Positions 28,766 to 39,490 of a stretch of DNA of 64,000 nt are shown piece by piece. The DNA is from Macrostomum hystrix (taxonomy: Eukaryota > Animalia > Platyhelminthes). The stretch lies in NCBI GenBank assembly GCA_950097015.1, contig CATNEN010000025.1, positions 5,518,001-5,582,000 of the forward strand, in the 5' to 3' direction. The number at the start of each line of letters is the position of its first letter. The first letter of the stretch is position 1. The position numbers and the translations under genes are program-made. The notes beneath the pieces are model-generated. The model saw only the letters and a program-made list of their open reading frames with translations, was not told the DNA's origin and searched no databases.

Positions 28766-29356
28766 CGGAATAAGCATTCGCAATATTTTTCGCCAAAAGC
28801 ATATAACTTCCTGCCGAGAATGATAAAATTCAAAGATAAAAAACCACGAATGGTCTCACCCAGGTGAAAGCCAGTGTGGCGACCGTCTGTGTTGGATCCG
28901 AATGCAACAGACACTGCGGTTCCTTCATCTCCTAGTAGCAGTGGGACAAAAGCGAATAGAATTTCAATTATCTTCATCCGGTTTAGAATACCTTGTACTT
29001 TGTCTATTTTGTCGATAAGTTCTGATAAGTTTGAAATCGCATGGACAGTTTGAATAAAATTTATATTTGATTTCTCATCGGCTGAATAGCTGTGGTGAAT
29101 TTGTTCATGATCTGTCAAAAGTTTTGCTCACTGTCTAAACAAATAAAATACAAACTTGGATTGCCAAAACGGTATGATGTTCCAAGAAAGGCAATTATTG
29201 ATAGCTTTTTATATTCAGGCCTCATTTTTCAATCATTTCTAGCCTGCAAGATTTCTGTCCGATTGTCAGTGCCAGGCCATCAGTTGGCCAATCAGAAATC
29301 GGCTAAATTCTCATTGGCTGGAACGGATTGGACTGTTGGAAAGCAGCTGTATTGGC

Positions 29357-30128
29357 TTCTCCCATTCTCCCATTCTCCCACTCTCCTGATATCTCACTCT
29401 CCCACTCTCTCACTCTCCCACTATCCCATTCTCCCACCCATACTCCCATTCTCTCATTCTCACTCCCACTCGTCCATTCTCCCACTCTCCCATTCTCCCA
29501 TTCTCACTCCCACTCTCCCACTCTCCCACTCTCCCACTCTCCCACTCTCCCACTCTCCCACTCTCCCACTCTCCCACTCTCCCACTCTCGCACTCTCCCA
29601 TTATCCCATTCTCCCGATCTCTCACTTTCCTACTATCCCACTATCCCATTCTCCCATTCTCACTCCCACTCTCCCATTATCCCACTCTCCCACTCTCACA
29701 CTCTTCCACTTTCGCACTCTCGCACTCTCCCACTCTCCCACTCTCGCACTCTCCCACTCTCCCACTCTCCCACTCTCCCACTCTCCATTCTCCCATTCTC
29801 ACTCCCACTCTCCCATTCTCCCACTCTCCCACTCTCCCACTCTCCCATTCTCCCATTCTCCCGATCTCTCACTTTCCTACTATCCCATTCTCCCATTCTC
29901 ACTCCCACTCTCCCATTCTCCCATTCTCACTCCCACTCTCCCATTCTCCCACTCTCCCATTCTCCCATTCTCCCACTCTCCCATTCTCCCACTATCCCAT
30001 TCTCCCATTCTCACTCCCACTCTCCCATTCTCCCATTCTCGCACTCTCCCATTCTCCCACTCTCCCATTCTCCCACTCTCCCACTCTCACACTCTTCCAC
30101 TCTCGCACTCTCCATTATCCCACTCTCA
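29357..30128. repeat. (CTCCCACT/CTCCCATT)n 8-bp array, more diverged
   Basis: Same core as the 23.6 and 25.3 kb arrays. Confidence 0.93.
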
Positions 30129-30621
30129 TTGCATTTTGTTAGTCAAGTTTCTAAGCCCAGGCATCCCAAACATTAGCGGCGTGGCTTGACCTTCTTGTTG
30201 CATCGTCCAAAGGGGGATTACGGGATCGCATCCATCCCTTGCGCGGGCAGCTTATCTGATGCTCGAATCGGCAGAAATTCTTGGTTGAAGGCGATGCAAA
30301 ATATTGCACATGGCAAGCAACACTATATCTGGTTGAGGCAACCGTTTTTTCTTATTTTTCCCTAAACCCAGTAGAATCGGCGGCCCAGGTACCTCATGTA
30401 GCTTTACAGTCACAGACTGTGACGCATAAAATAATATTTACAGCTTTTACACACGCCGCAACAAATTAGGCAAGTGTCCGCTATGGCTGAACCACTTTTT
30501 CCTCTGTCTTGGCCTGAACTAACATGCTCCATAACTTGCACTGAATAATCGAATTGCCTTCAAGTGTAACACGAGTGCGACAATTTAGACAGCTGCATTT
30601 TTCTACACCAAACTGACTCCA

Positions 30622-31162
30622 TCACTCACCTCCTTTTTCCATCACTCACCTCCTCTTCTCCCTCACTCGCCTCCTCATCTCCCTCACTCACCTCCTCATC
30701 TCCACCACTCACCTCCTCATCTCCCTCACTCACCTCCTCATCTCCCTCACTCACCTCCTCATCTCCACCACTCACCTCCTCATCTCCCTCACTCGCCTCC
30801 TCATCTCCACCACTCACCTCCTCATCTCCCTCACTCGCCTCCTCATCTCCCTCACTCACCTCCTCATCTCCACCACTCACCTCCTCATCTCCCTCACTCG
30901 CCTCCTCATCTCCACCACTCGCCTCCTCATCTCCCTCACTCACCTCCTCATCTCCCTCACTCACCTCCTCATCTCCATCACTCACCTCCTCATCTCCCTC
31001 ACTCGCCTCCTCATCTCCACCACTCACCTCCTCATCTCCCTCACTCGCCACCTCATCTCCCTCACTCGCCTCCTCATCTCCCTCACTCGCCACCTCATCT
31101 CTACCACTCGCCTCCTCATCTCCCTCACTCGCCACCTCATCTCTACCACTCGCCTCCTCATC
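30622..31162. repeat. 21-bp minisatellite (CACTCACCTCCTCATCTCCCT)n
   Basis: 21-bp period; gives the EEVSEGD repeat ORF on the minus strand. Confidence 0.93.
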
Positions 31163-31180
31163 TCTAGATTAATAGCCACA

Positions 31181-31222
31181 TAGATGGATAGATAGATAGA
31201 CAGATGATTGATAGATAGATAA

Positions 31223-31264
<42 letters not shown>

Positions 31265-31290
31265 GGATAGATAGATAGATAGATAGGTAC
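31181..31290. repeat. (GATA)n microsatellite
   Basis: Direct reading. Confidence 0.97.
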
Positions 31291-31965
31291 ATAGAAAGAT
31301 ACTGTTAAGCCAGTAGTTATGTAGTTGTGTAAAAAAAGAAGCACAAAGATAAAGCAAAATATTTTCTTCTTTGACGAAAGCTACACAAAAACACAGTGAG
31401 AAAGAGACACAGGAAAAAGATGAAAACGCAGCAGAGAAAGAGAGGGTCACACTGCTGTAATGCGTGTGGAGGACAGGCAGTTAATGATGGCTGTCTTCCG
31501 TCTAACCCAAATTCTTCCCCACTCAACCCTCGCGCCGTCTGTGCTGCCTTTAATGAGGCTCATTTTGATCTCAACTCGGAGTGGCTGGCTGCAGATGAGG
31601 AGCAAACAGGTTGTCCCCGAACTGATTTGCCCCTATCCTCAAGTCAAGTGGACGTTATCCCCGCCTCAAGCCTTCCAGCTTCCCAATAGTTGCCCCTCTC
31701 GTGGGTCGTTTGAGTCGGTTCGACCCCCCAAAACTGCCCTGCCACCCCTCTCCCGTCCCTAAACCATTATTTTCCCAATTTACTCTTTCAAATGGAAATC
31801 ATTTTGGTTTTTAAGAAGGCTAGGGTTGTATGGATTTTAACTCTGGTAATTTTGGTCGAAACATAGAAAGTGGAAGACATTTCTGACAGTGAGGTCGAAG
31901 GTTCGCATCTCAACCCAAGGGAGACTATCGATATTTTATGAAGCCATTAATTAATGTCATTAAGT

Positions 31966-31972
31966 GAGTAGC

Positions 31973-32009
<37 letters not shown>

Positions 32010-32122
32010 TAAGTAGCATTAGTAGTAGTAGTAGTAGTAGTATCAGTAGTAGTAATAGTAGCAGTAGTAGTAGTAGTAGTAGTATTTGTAGTAGTAGTAG
32101 TATTAGCAGTATTAGTAGTAGT
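31966..32122. repeat. (AGT)n microsatellite
   Basis: Direct reading. Confidence 0.97.
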
Positions 32123-32732
32123 AAGTCGAGACAAACAAATCTAAAGCTTTTTATTGAATAGTTCATTCTTACGAATTCGTTACGAAACTTAACTTAACAC
32201 ACTGATCTGTAGTTATATTTGGGCATGCAAAGTGTCATGGAAACGGAACAAGACACAGTAAAGTTGTCGTTCAGATAATTAAAAGATGAGGGCATAGCAC
32301 TGGCCAATCCTAGTCCAGTGTTTTTGTGCGTATTGGTCAAGAAAAAATATTATTTTCTTAGGCTCTGTGCGTTAAAACTGCCTTTTCGCTTTGTCATGAT
32401 TTAGAAAGGCGGGATTGGCATTAGCCATGTGATTTTTGTTTGAAATGAACAAAATATTGGTTAATAACTTAAAAAATTGCATAGTTTCTCATTTTAACTT
32501 TCTGATGTCTCTAAAACGAAAAAGGAAGAAAGCATTTTTGGATCTGAGCGCAGCTTAGCAGAAAAAAATAAAACCCGACATGCAGAGAGTTAATTAAGTA
32601 ACGATTTTCGACAGAAAGATAATTAACATAGGTTTCTCGAATTCTTTAATAACTCAGTTTCTTTGGTTGTTTTTAGTCAAGAACAATTGAAATCTACTAA
32701 TGCAGCACTCCAATCTGGTAAAACTTTTTTTT

Positions 32733-32975
32733 CTAAAAATAGAAACAAGGACTTCACCCTTCTCAGCCAATCAAAAATTGTAGTTCGTACAGAAAAAATA
32801 AATCGACCGATAAAGTTAATTGGCTAACCAAGGAAGTCAAGTGTCGGTCTCTAAAAATAGAAACGAAGACTTCGCCATTCGCAGCCAATCAAAACTTTTT
32901 GTGCGTACAGAGGAAAGAAATCGGCCGATGAATTTAATTGGCTACCGGAGAAAGTCGATTTCTAAAAATAGAAAC
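32733..32975. repeat. diverged ~115-bp tandem duplication (about 2 copies) with opposed CCAAT motifs
   Basis: CTAAAAATAGAAAC at 32733, 32851 and 32962; each unit has CAGCCAATCAAAA and TTAATTGGCTA. Confidence 0.75.
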
Positions 32976-33037
32976 AACTCTATTCTCCTCGAAACCCTAA
33001 CTGCTTCTATTGTTAAATCTTCGTCCGCGGCATTCAC

Positions 33038-33166
33038 TCAAGCCCGAATCACGTAGGAGTTTGTCGCAGTCTGTGGCGCAGACTCTTTCGCTAGCAGCTT
33101 GATGGGATTACCCAGCGTCGCATTGTGCGTCGATCGAAGCACCGAACTCTCCACGGCGGGCGATAT
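33038..33166 (-). CDS. STPG2: STPG2 exon 7 (terminal)
   Basis: ISPAVESSVLRSTHNATLGNP...IRA-stop; acceptor TTTTTCAACGCCAG; phase 0. Confidence 0.8.
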   Translation of the reverse strand: MSPAVESSVLRSTHNATLGNPIKLLAKESAPQTATNSYVIRA

Positions 33167-36100
33167 CTGGCGTTGAAAAATAAATGTCCGAGTTTGAAAT
33201 GGAAACGAAAAAAGGAAGCAGACGACAAGCCAGAGAGAGAGATGGGTAGTGGATTCCGCAATGCGAAAGGGCGTATCCAAGTCCCGACTCCCATCTGTCA
33301 GTTTGCATTAGCGCTCAGTAGCAGATGAAATCATGAACGTAGCATTCTTTTCGCACTCAGTCAGATGGGGTTGGGGCCAGCATAAGAAAAGATGAAGCGC
33401 CCGCCGTTAGAAGATCTGCATCTGATAGGTGAAGTACACACACAAACACACACGCACACACACACACGCCCAGGTAACATCTATTTACTATACAGGCTGC
33501 TGAAGTGCTCGACTATGGCTTCAAGCGAAGAGATAATTAGCAAATTTTGCTTTCATCCGTTTGCTATTCTGCTTCTTTGTTATTCTACACCTCCTACCCC
33601 CCCCGCCAGCAGGGAATGGAATTCTATGTAGACCTAAGCGGCAAGCTGGTGTAAAAGCAACCAATTGCTGCTTGCATGGCTGCAACTCACGTGATAATGA
33701 TTCGGCGCCGGGGCGTCGTCCTTCCGGTCGCGGAAGCGGCTGTCTTTCAGCGGCGCAGCTCCGCGCTGATCCATGCCTGCTGTCACATTGTAACTGGCTG
33801 GGCCTGCGGGTTGAAGAAGTGTGGCAAGCAAATTACTACCCAATAAAAATAATAATTGCAGAAGGGCTGCTGGCAATGGCGAATCATTTGGTGACACTAG
33901 ACCTGCAGACAGCGAGGATGTGCCCATTTCGCTGACTCCTGAGCACACACGCACACGGACACCGTACTCAGGCACACGCTCACACAGGTTTGTACATCTG
34001 TTCTGGCTTTCTCATCGCCAGGAAGTTACAACCCAAAGTTACTATTATGGCGAACGTTAAAATAATTCCGGTTTTCAAGAACTTTTCATTCTTTGTTATA
34101 ATGAATAGACGTTCAGTATGCTCATTCCCGAAACTTCCTCAGGCTTTCCATGTATAGCGCACAGGAGAACATTCTAGAAACATATTCTCCCCGCGTGGGT
34201 CTATAAATAGAAACAACCGTCGCTGACGTAACCAACACTTTTCGGTGGCTATATCACACTACTATACAAATACGCGATACTTGTAGTTGACGATAGTTGA
34301 CCATTAATCTGTTACGCCGAGCACTTCCTGAAGGCACATACTACTACTTCCTTACAAAACTATTGGAGTCTCTTAGTGTCTTTTATTCCAAAGATACAAC
34401 AGTTACTATCCAAATCTAGATGCCAATGTTGAAATGCTGACTAAAGTTCGTTAAAGTCAATCAAATTTCATTCGGAAATATCCATAATTACGATGTAACA
34501 ATGCAAAACAAATGAACTTGCAACGCCCAAAGCTCTAACCTGTCGATCATGTGAATCACACCGCATTCTAGCACTTCATATAAGCATTCGAAAATGATCG
34601 ACTCAACTCTGCCCCATATGATTCAGTCGACTTTGACTTGTGTTTTTTCGCCCAAAGTGATTGACACCCTGGTGGCCATTTAGATATTTGTTGAGCTGCC
34701 CCTGTCAGTCATTAATCGATCTGCTCCAGTCACTCGAGTGCAGCCTAAGCCACTCTCAGATTCCTCAAAAGATCGAAAAAGTGCATTTTGAGATACCAAA
34801 TTAGTATATATGAACTAGCAATTCTAGCCCCCCTTTTGCTAGAGAACAGGAACAAATCGGTGATAAAAAAGGCCCCCAAATTAAAAGAGATTGTTAACTG
34901 TCACGGCAATGTACACGACATGCGTTAACCATAACATGCACGAGTATGCAGTTATTTTTACATTAGAGTACCCACAGCCCTCTGACAATTTACTAGCCTC
35001 ATTTACATTTCTCCGCCCCCAAAACGCACCTGGAGCGCTGGGGTCTCCAGCGAAGCCGCCGACCGGCTTGCCACCGAAACGGTCGCTAGAAGTGAAGAAG
35101 CTCTGTCGCTTCTTGGCGGCGTCGTTGCGCGGCCCATAGCCCTGCTGACGGTCGTGCAGCTTGTGGAAGGCTCGGTCCACATCGTACATGGCTGGGTGCG
35201 GCAGCTCCGACTGAATTTAAAAGTTCGTTAGATTTGACAAATAAATTAAATTATATAAGTACTTTATTTACATAACCTTCTCTATTATTTTTCTTTCTCA
35301 GTTGACGCCCACCTCACTCCAGCCGGGGAAAGCGACAGCCAATGGCGAGTGATAAGGAAGAAGATGGAAGGAAGCGGAGTGAGGTGGGTGTCAGAGGGCC
35401 GATCGGGACGTAATCAGGAAATCGTAAAACGATAAAAGGCTTGGTATGCCATCGGGTTTTTAAGCTCACCCACGATTATTAAAAAGTGGTGGACATTTTC
35501 AAAATCAGCTGTATAATCTGGATTGTTGAAACAAAAGAATGTTGCAACTCTAGCAAACATGCCATTCAAATAGCTGATGAACTTGTTGCTTGTATAATAC
35601 ATAAGAGGGTTGCAAAAGTATACTTTAGGTACTTCATGGAAACAGTTAAGCACTATAATCTCGCCACTTTGTGTCGCAAGGCTCTCTAGAACGTCAGGGA
35701 AGCCATTCTGCTGCTCAAATAATTGACTTTTGCTTTTATCCTTCTCTGTCTCGGCGCATTGTAGAAGCAATCTAAGATGGCAAAGAATTATAGAAAACAA
35801 CGCGCAGCAGGAAAATGTCAATTAAATCCGTCGATTTTTCGATTGCTCGAGAGATCAGAGAAAGAGAAAGAAAAACATTGCAGTTAGTGGGGTGGTGTGG
35901 GATAGAAGTCAATCAATTGATAGGGATCTCCGCTTTCATTTCCGCTCACGAGGAAGACGCGCCGACACCCTCCCCAGCACAGGATGCGGACCCTAGAACG
36001 ATGGAAATAAGCCGCTAGTAACTAGTTGTCTTGCAGCTCCCCTTTAGCTGTGCAATTTTTTTCGGCTCAGTGATTCTGGCCTGAAATCGCTTCATCGGAA

Positions 36101-39100
36101 AGTCGGCCTCCAGTTACTATGAAAACCGTCTCGTTTTGCTTTTCGATTTCCCTAATTTATTTTCAGAAAGTCACTAAAAATCTAGTTTTAATATTTCTTC
36201 AGTTAGAGTAAAATAAGTCTTCTATTTCATCGGAGCCACATTTATTTGGCTTTAGGGGGCCATGCAGTAAGGGGTGGCTTCACAAGGGGTAGCTTCATAA
36301 GAACGAAACTTGTGAAGGGGTCTGCATTTTTACTTTTCGGCGTTGTGAAATTTCGGTCTTGTGAAAGCCACCCGCCAGTAAGAGTGCCAACTCTGCCAAA
36401 ACTAAGATTTGAAACGGGCAGAATTGCCTTTTACTGGCTGCGGGTAGACTGTTGCCAAATGATGTGCCAGTGTCCACTCCCAAACAGCAAATATTATCAA
36501 TATGCTTTCATTTCTACTTAGAGTAGCTTGTAAAGGATCTTTGAATTCATAAAATCACCAACCTTCTCAGCTAGACCGGGATCAAAATCCCTATTAGTCA
36601 GGCTGGCAAACATGCTGGATCTCGGCTGCGTGTACTTCGACTGAAAGCTGGGCTTGTCTCGCACCTCGTAGCTGGCCGGACCGGGTCTTTCAGCCTCGGA
36701 TTTCTTCGCGAACGGCTGCATCCGGACCGCCGTACTACCGAAAGCGCCCTTCTGGGCGGCACTGAGGAACACCTTCTTCATGGACTCGGCGGCCAGCATG
36801 CCGGAGTTGACATTGTAGGCCCCGGGCCCAGGCATCAGGCGCGCGCCTGAGTCGTCCTGAAATCTGATGGCCGTATTACCGAACGGACTCTTCTTCAGGT
36901 GCACCCCGCCGCCACGCTTCAGAGCGGTCAGAGCAGTCCTGGGGTCTGAGTAGGCTCCCGGGCCAGGGGTGGCCTCCTTGGCTGAGCCGAACCGGCGCGA
37001 CTGCACCCCGAACGGGGGTCGCTCGGCCGCGTCGCCGTTGGTTGCCGCGGTAACTGCTGCCGTACCGACCTGCGTATAGGAATGCGAAAGCTTAATGGAA
37101 TGGACAAGCTTTTTTTCGAGTGGGCCGGTGGCAGAGCGGCTATCGCGTTTGCCTCTCGCACCAAGGTCCTTAAGTTCGATTCCACGGCGACGCCGCATTC
37201 ATTTGGGGCGCAGCCGCGGACAGAAGGCTTGGGGGCTTTTCGTGAAATTTACGCCCTTGAGGGCCAACCTCCAAGGCACAGTGAAATGTACACTGCCTGA
37301 CGATGAGAAAGTCAGGGCAGACGTACACTCCTGTGTGAGCGTGTGCCTGCGTACGGTATCTGTGTGTCTAGTGTCTGCGGGTCGTCACCAAATAATGTGC
37401 CATTGCCCGCAGCCCTCCTGCAATTATTATTTATTATTAACTTCCTTCCGACCAAACCCAAATCCCATCTTACTCCCACCCTTTCCAAAAGCCATCCTTC
37501 GAACCAGCCTGAATCAGAACTTCCATCAAGCCAAATCCTAATTTCCGTCTCACCAGCCGAAATCCCAGCTTCGGCTTCATCTCTACTCCCACTCAAGGGA
37601 CGAACCTCGTCAAAGTAGCCGCGCACTCCGTAGGCGCCAGGGCCAGGCACGGGATTCCTGAGCGCCTGGCGCTCCAGAATCTCATTGTAGCGCGGCACCC
37701 GCAGCTCAGCCGGCGGCTTGCCTTCGCGCACATTCATATGCACCACCTGCGCCCTCTGCGTCTCCCCGGCAATGTCATAGTCGCCCGGGCCTGGCGCCGT
37801 GGCAGCCCCGCCGGCGGTGAAATCGGCCCGCCTAGTTCGCGACTTGGACCTTTTGAGGATAGATTTTTTTGTTTCAGCTAATTAAAACATAGATTAGTCG
37901 AATTGAAATCGTCGAATTATTCATTTGTCTGATAATAAAATTATTTTTAAATAAAAATACAGTTTTTTGTTATAACGTTTTGCTTAGCACGAATTTAAAC
38001 AAAAAGTGGCTTGTCTTCACAAGAGCATTACATTTGGTTTCGCAATTACGAGAGTAGTTTTACTATTTTTCAAACAAGAATAATTAATTCTGATAAAATA
38101 GTTTTGTTGATTTAATAATGAGTTTTCTTAGTTATGAGCTTACCTAGACTTTTGTTAAAGCTATAGTTAAAAAGGAGAGGCTGTTTTAATAAAAAAGAGC
38201 AAACAAAACACGAAAAAATGTTTTGTAATAAAGAAAACATTCACGGTTCGAATCTTCATCTGCTTATAGCTGCTATACTGAGATTTGCGATTTTTGGTTA
38301 GCTGGAGAAATGGATTCAGCCGATCGAGAATAACTTCGAAAAATTCTAAATTCGACAATACGGATTATTTCTGATTTAAAACGGGACAATTTGTGGATTT
38401 TACATGCGATGTATTTAAGGCCTTTTTAGTCGACTAGACATAAGAGAATTTTGGGATTTGGCATGGGAGAATGTAGGAATTTGGAATGGGAGAATGTTGG
38501 GATTTGGCATGGGAGAATGTTGGGAGTAGTCATGGGAGAATGTTGGGAGTAGGCATGGGAGAATGTTGGGAGTAGGCATGGGAGAATGTTGGTTGGCATG
38601 GAATAATTTCGGGATTTCACAGAGAAATACAGTTAGGATTTGGCGATGAAGAATGATGGGTCTATATAGTAGGGGATCGAGTTGGGATTTTGCAAAGGAG
38701 GCTTATGTAGGGATTTTAGTTAGTCAAGCAAACGTAACTAGCAGGAATAATTAGAAAATTGTCATTAAAAAATGCCAGCTCACCAGTGGCAGCCTTTGTA
38801 ACCGTCGCCGCCACCGCCAGCGACCCTGTAGAAGGCCGGGCCCAGACTTGTGTCCCGATCCGGTGCCGGCTGTTTGACCAGCAGCCCCTGCTCATTTTCC
38901 TCGAAGCCGTAGGCTTGGCCAGGAAAGGGAATACTGGGTGCGTCGTCCACCCGTTTAAATCGAATCCGATTGCTGCGCTGCTGCTGCTGCTGAACTGCCG
39001 TCGATTCGGGAGCCACTTTGATTGCGGCCACCTGCACAGTATAGTCGGCCGGTCCCGGAGCAGTTTCCCTGCAAATTTTAGCGTGTAGAATGTGTTAAAC

Positions 39101-39490
39101 ATACAATTTCAATACCAGTCTTATTATGCTACTTACAGTAGGCGTGTTTGAATGTGACTTAATGAAAATCATCGCGAAAGATAATAATGAACTTTCTCAC
39201 CTCCGTTCAGGAAACCGAACGCTTCGATTGGCCAACGAGCTGCCTCCAATCACGGCTGACAGGCCGGAAGCGCTGAGCACATTGTACTGCCCTGGACCTG
39301 GCGCAGCGACCGTGGCATCGCTAGGCGTAAGAAAATTATCCCTGGTGCTCAGCGAGTTGAATGGCGCGTAGCCGTCTGTGCGAATCTTTGCACGCACCGG
39401 CTTGTCGGTGTCGTAGGCACCGGGACCAACGTGAATATCGGTGGCCGCGTGGCCCTGGAAGCTGAAATCGCGGCGCGCCCGATCGTACAT
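33038..39490 (-). CDS. STPG2: sperm-tail PG-rich repeat-containing protein 2 ortholog (SHIPPO/PGP repeat family), 7 exons, 582 aa
   Basis: complement(join(39490-39201,39068-38784,37849-37606,37069-36563,35210-35030,33803-33691,33166-33038)) = 1749 nt, all GT-AG and phase-consistent. MYDRA start, VGPGAY, PSIP..G.AYG.EE...G.L, multiple PGPG.Y repeats and the C-terminal S.VL.ST.NATL.NP match the STPG2 family as I recall it. Confidence 0.9.
33691..33803 (-). CDS. STPG2: STPG2 exon 6
   Basis: GPASYN...SRFRDRKDDAPAPNHYH; donor CAC|GTGAGT. Confidence 0.88.
33845..34030 (-). mobile_element. 3' part of SINE family B
   Basis: Reverse complement matches 37290-37435 (GATGAGAAA hairpin, GTGTGAGCGTGTGCCTG, GTCACCAAAT, GCAGCCC..CTGCAATTATT tail). 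Confidence 0.75.
35030..35210 (-). CDS. STPG2: STPG2 exon 5
   Basis: SELPHPAMYDVDRAF...PRNDAAKKRQSFFTSSDRF; acceptor AAATTCAG, donor G|GTGCGT. Confidence 0.88.
36563..37069 (-). CDS. STPG2: STPG2 exon 4
   Basis: ERPPFGVQSRRF..TPGPGAYSDPRTAL..PFGNTAIRF..MPGPGAYN..AFGSTAVR..PGPASY. Confidence 0.92.
37121..37440 (+). mobile_element. tRNA-derived SINE, family B, near full length
   Basis: A box TGGCAGAGCGG (37129), B box AGTTCGATTCC (37173), body shared with the 33845, 42428 and 52085 copies, (TTA)n-like tail. Confidence 0.8.
37606..37849 (-). CDS. STPG2: STPG2 exon 3
   Basis: SKSRTRR...APGPGDY...VPGPGAY..RGYFDE. Donor GAG|GTTCGT chosen because it preserves frame with exon 4. Confidence 0.8.
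38443..38600. repeat. 23-bp minisatellite (GGCATGGGAGAATGTTGGGAGTA)n in STPG2 intron 2
   Basis: CATGGG at 38531 and 38554; carries the reverse complement of the ATTCTCCCA core. Confidence 0.9.
38784..39068 (-). CDS. STPG2: STPG2 exon 2
   Basis: ETAPGPADY...APSIPFPGQAYGFEENEQGLL...LGPAFY; acceptor TTTGCAG, donor TG|GTGAGC. Confidence 0.9.
39201..39490 (-). CDS. STPG2: STPG2 exon 1
   Basis: MYDRARRDFSFQGHAATDIHVGPGAY...FPER; donor AG|GTGAGA. Confidence 0.9.

Noticed and set aside
23682-30189. GEWES/SHSPTL ORFs, PKSRISLISN (26818-27741) and RVTRQSLVNLL (28222-29118) ORFs
   Set aside because: They are read-throughs of the 8-, 30- and 33-bp arrays. The unique part of 28222-29118 has a faint CUB-strand-like look (VSVAFGSN..TGF) but too little support to call.
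30180-30365. GSLSDARIGRNS...WLRQPF resembling a Harbinger/PIF transposase segment
   Set aside because: Short, lacks the intervening GD.GY motif, and alternative frames are equally plausible. It cannot be supported without a search.
30626-31135. Acidic EEVSEGD repeat ORF (169 aa)
   Set aside because: It coincides exactly with the 21-bp minisatellite, starts at GTG and has no flanking coding context.
31925-32166. Poly-Ser, poly-Thr and poly-Leu ORFs
   Set aside because: Translations of the (AGT)n microsatellite.
35414-35821. 135-aa minus-strand ORF in STPG2 intron 4
   Set aside because: AT-rich, no recognisable domain or splice-compatible link to STPG2; within chance length.
37554-37605. Alternative STPG2 exon 3 donor G|GTGAGA at 37553
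   Set aside because: It is phase 1, incompatible with the phase-0 acceptor at 37069, so the upstream GAG|GTTCGT donor was preferred.
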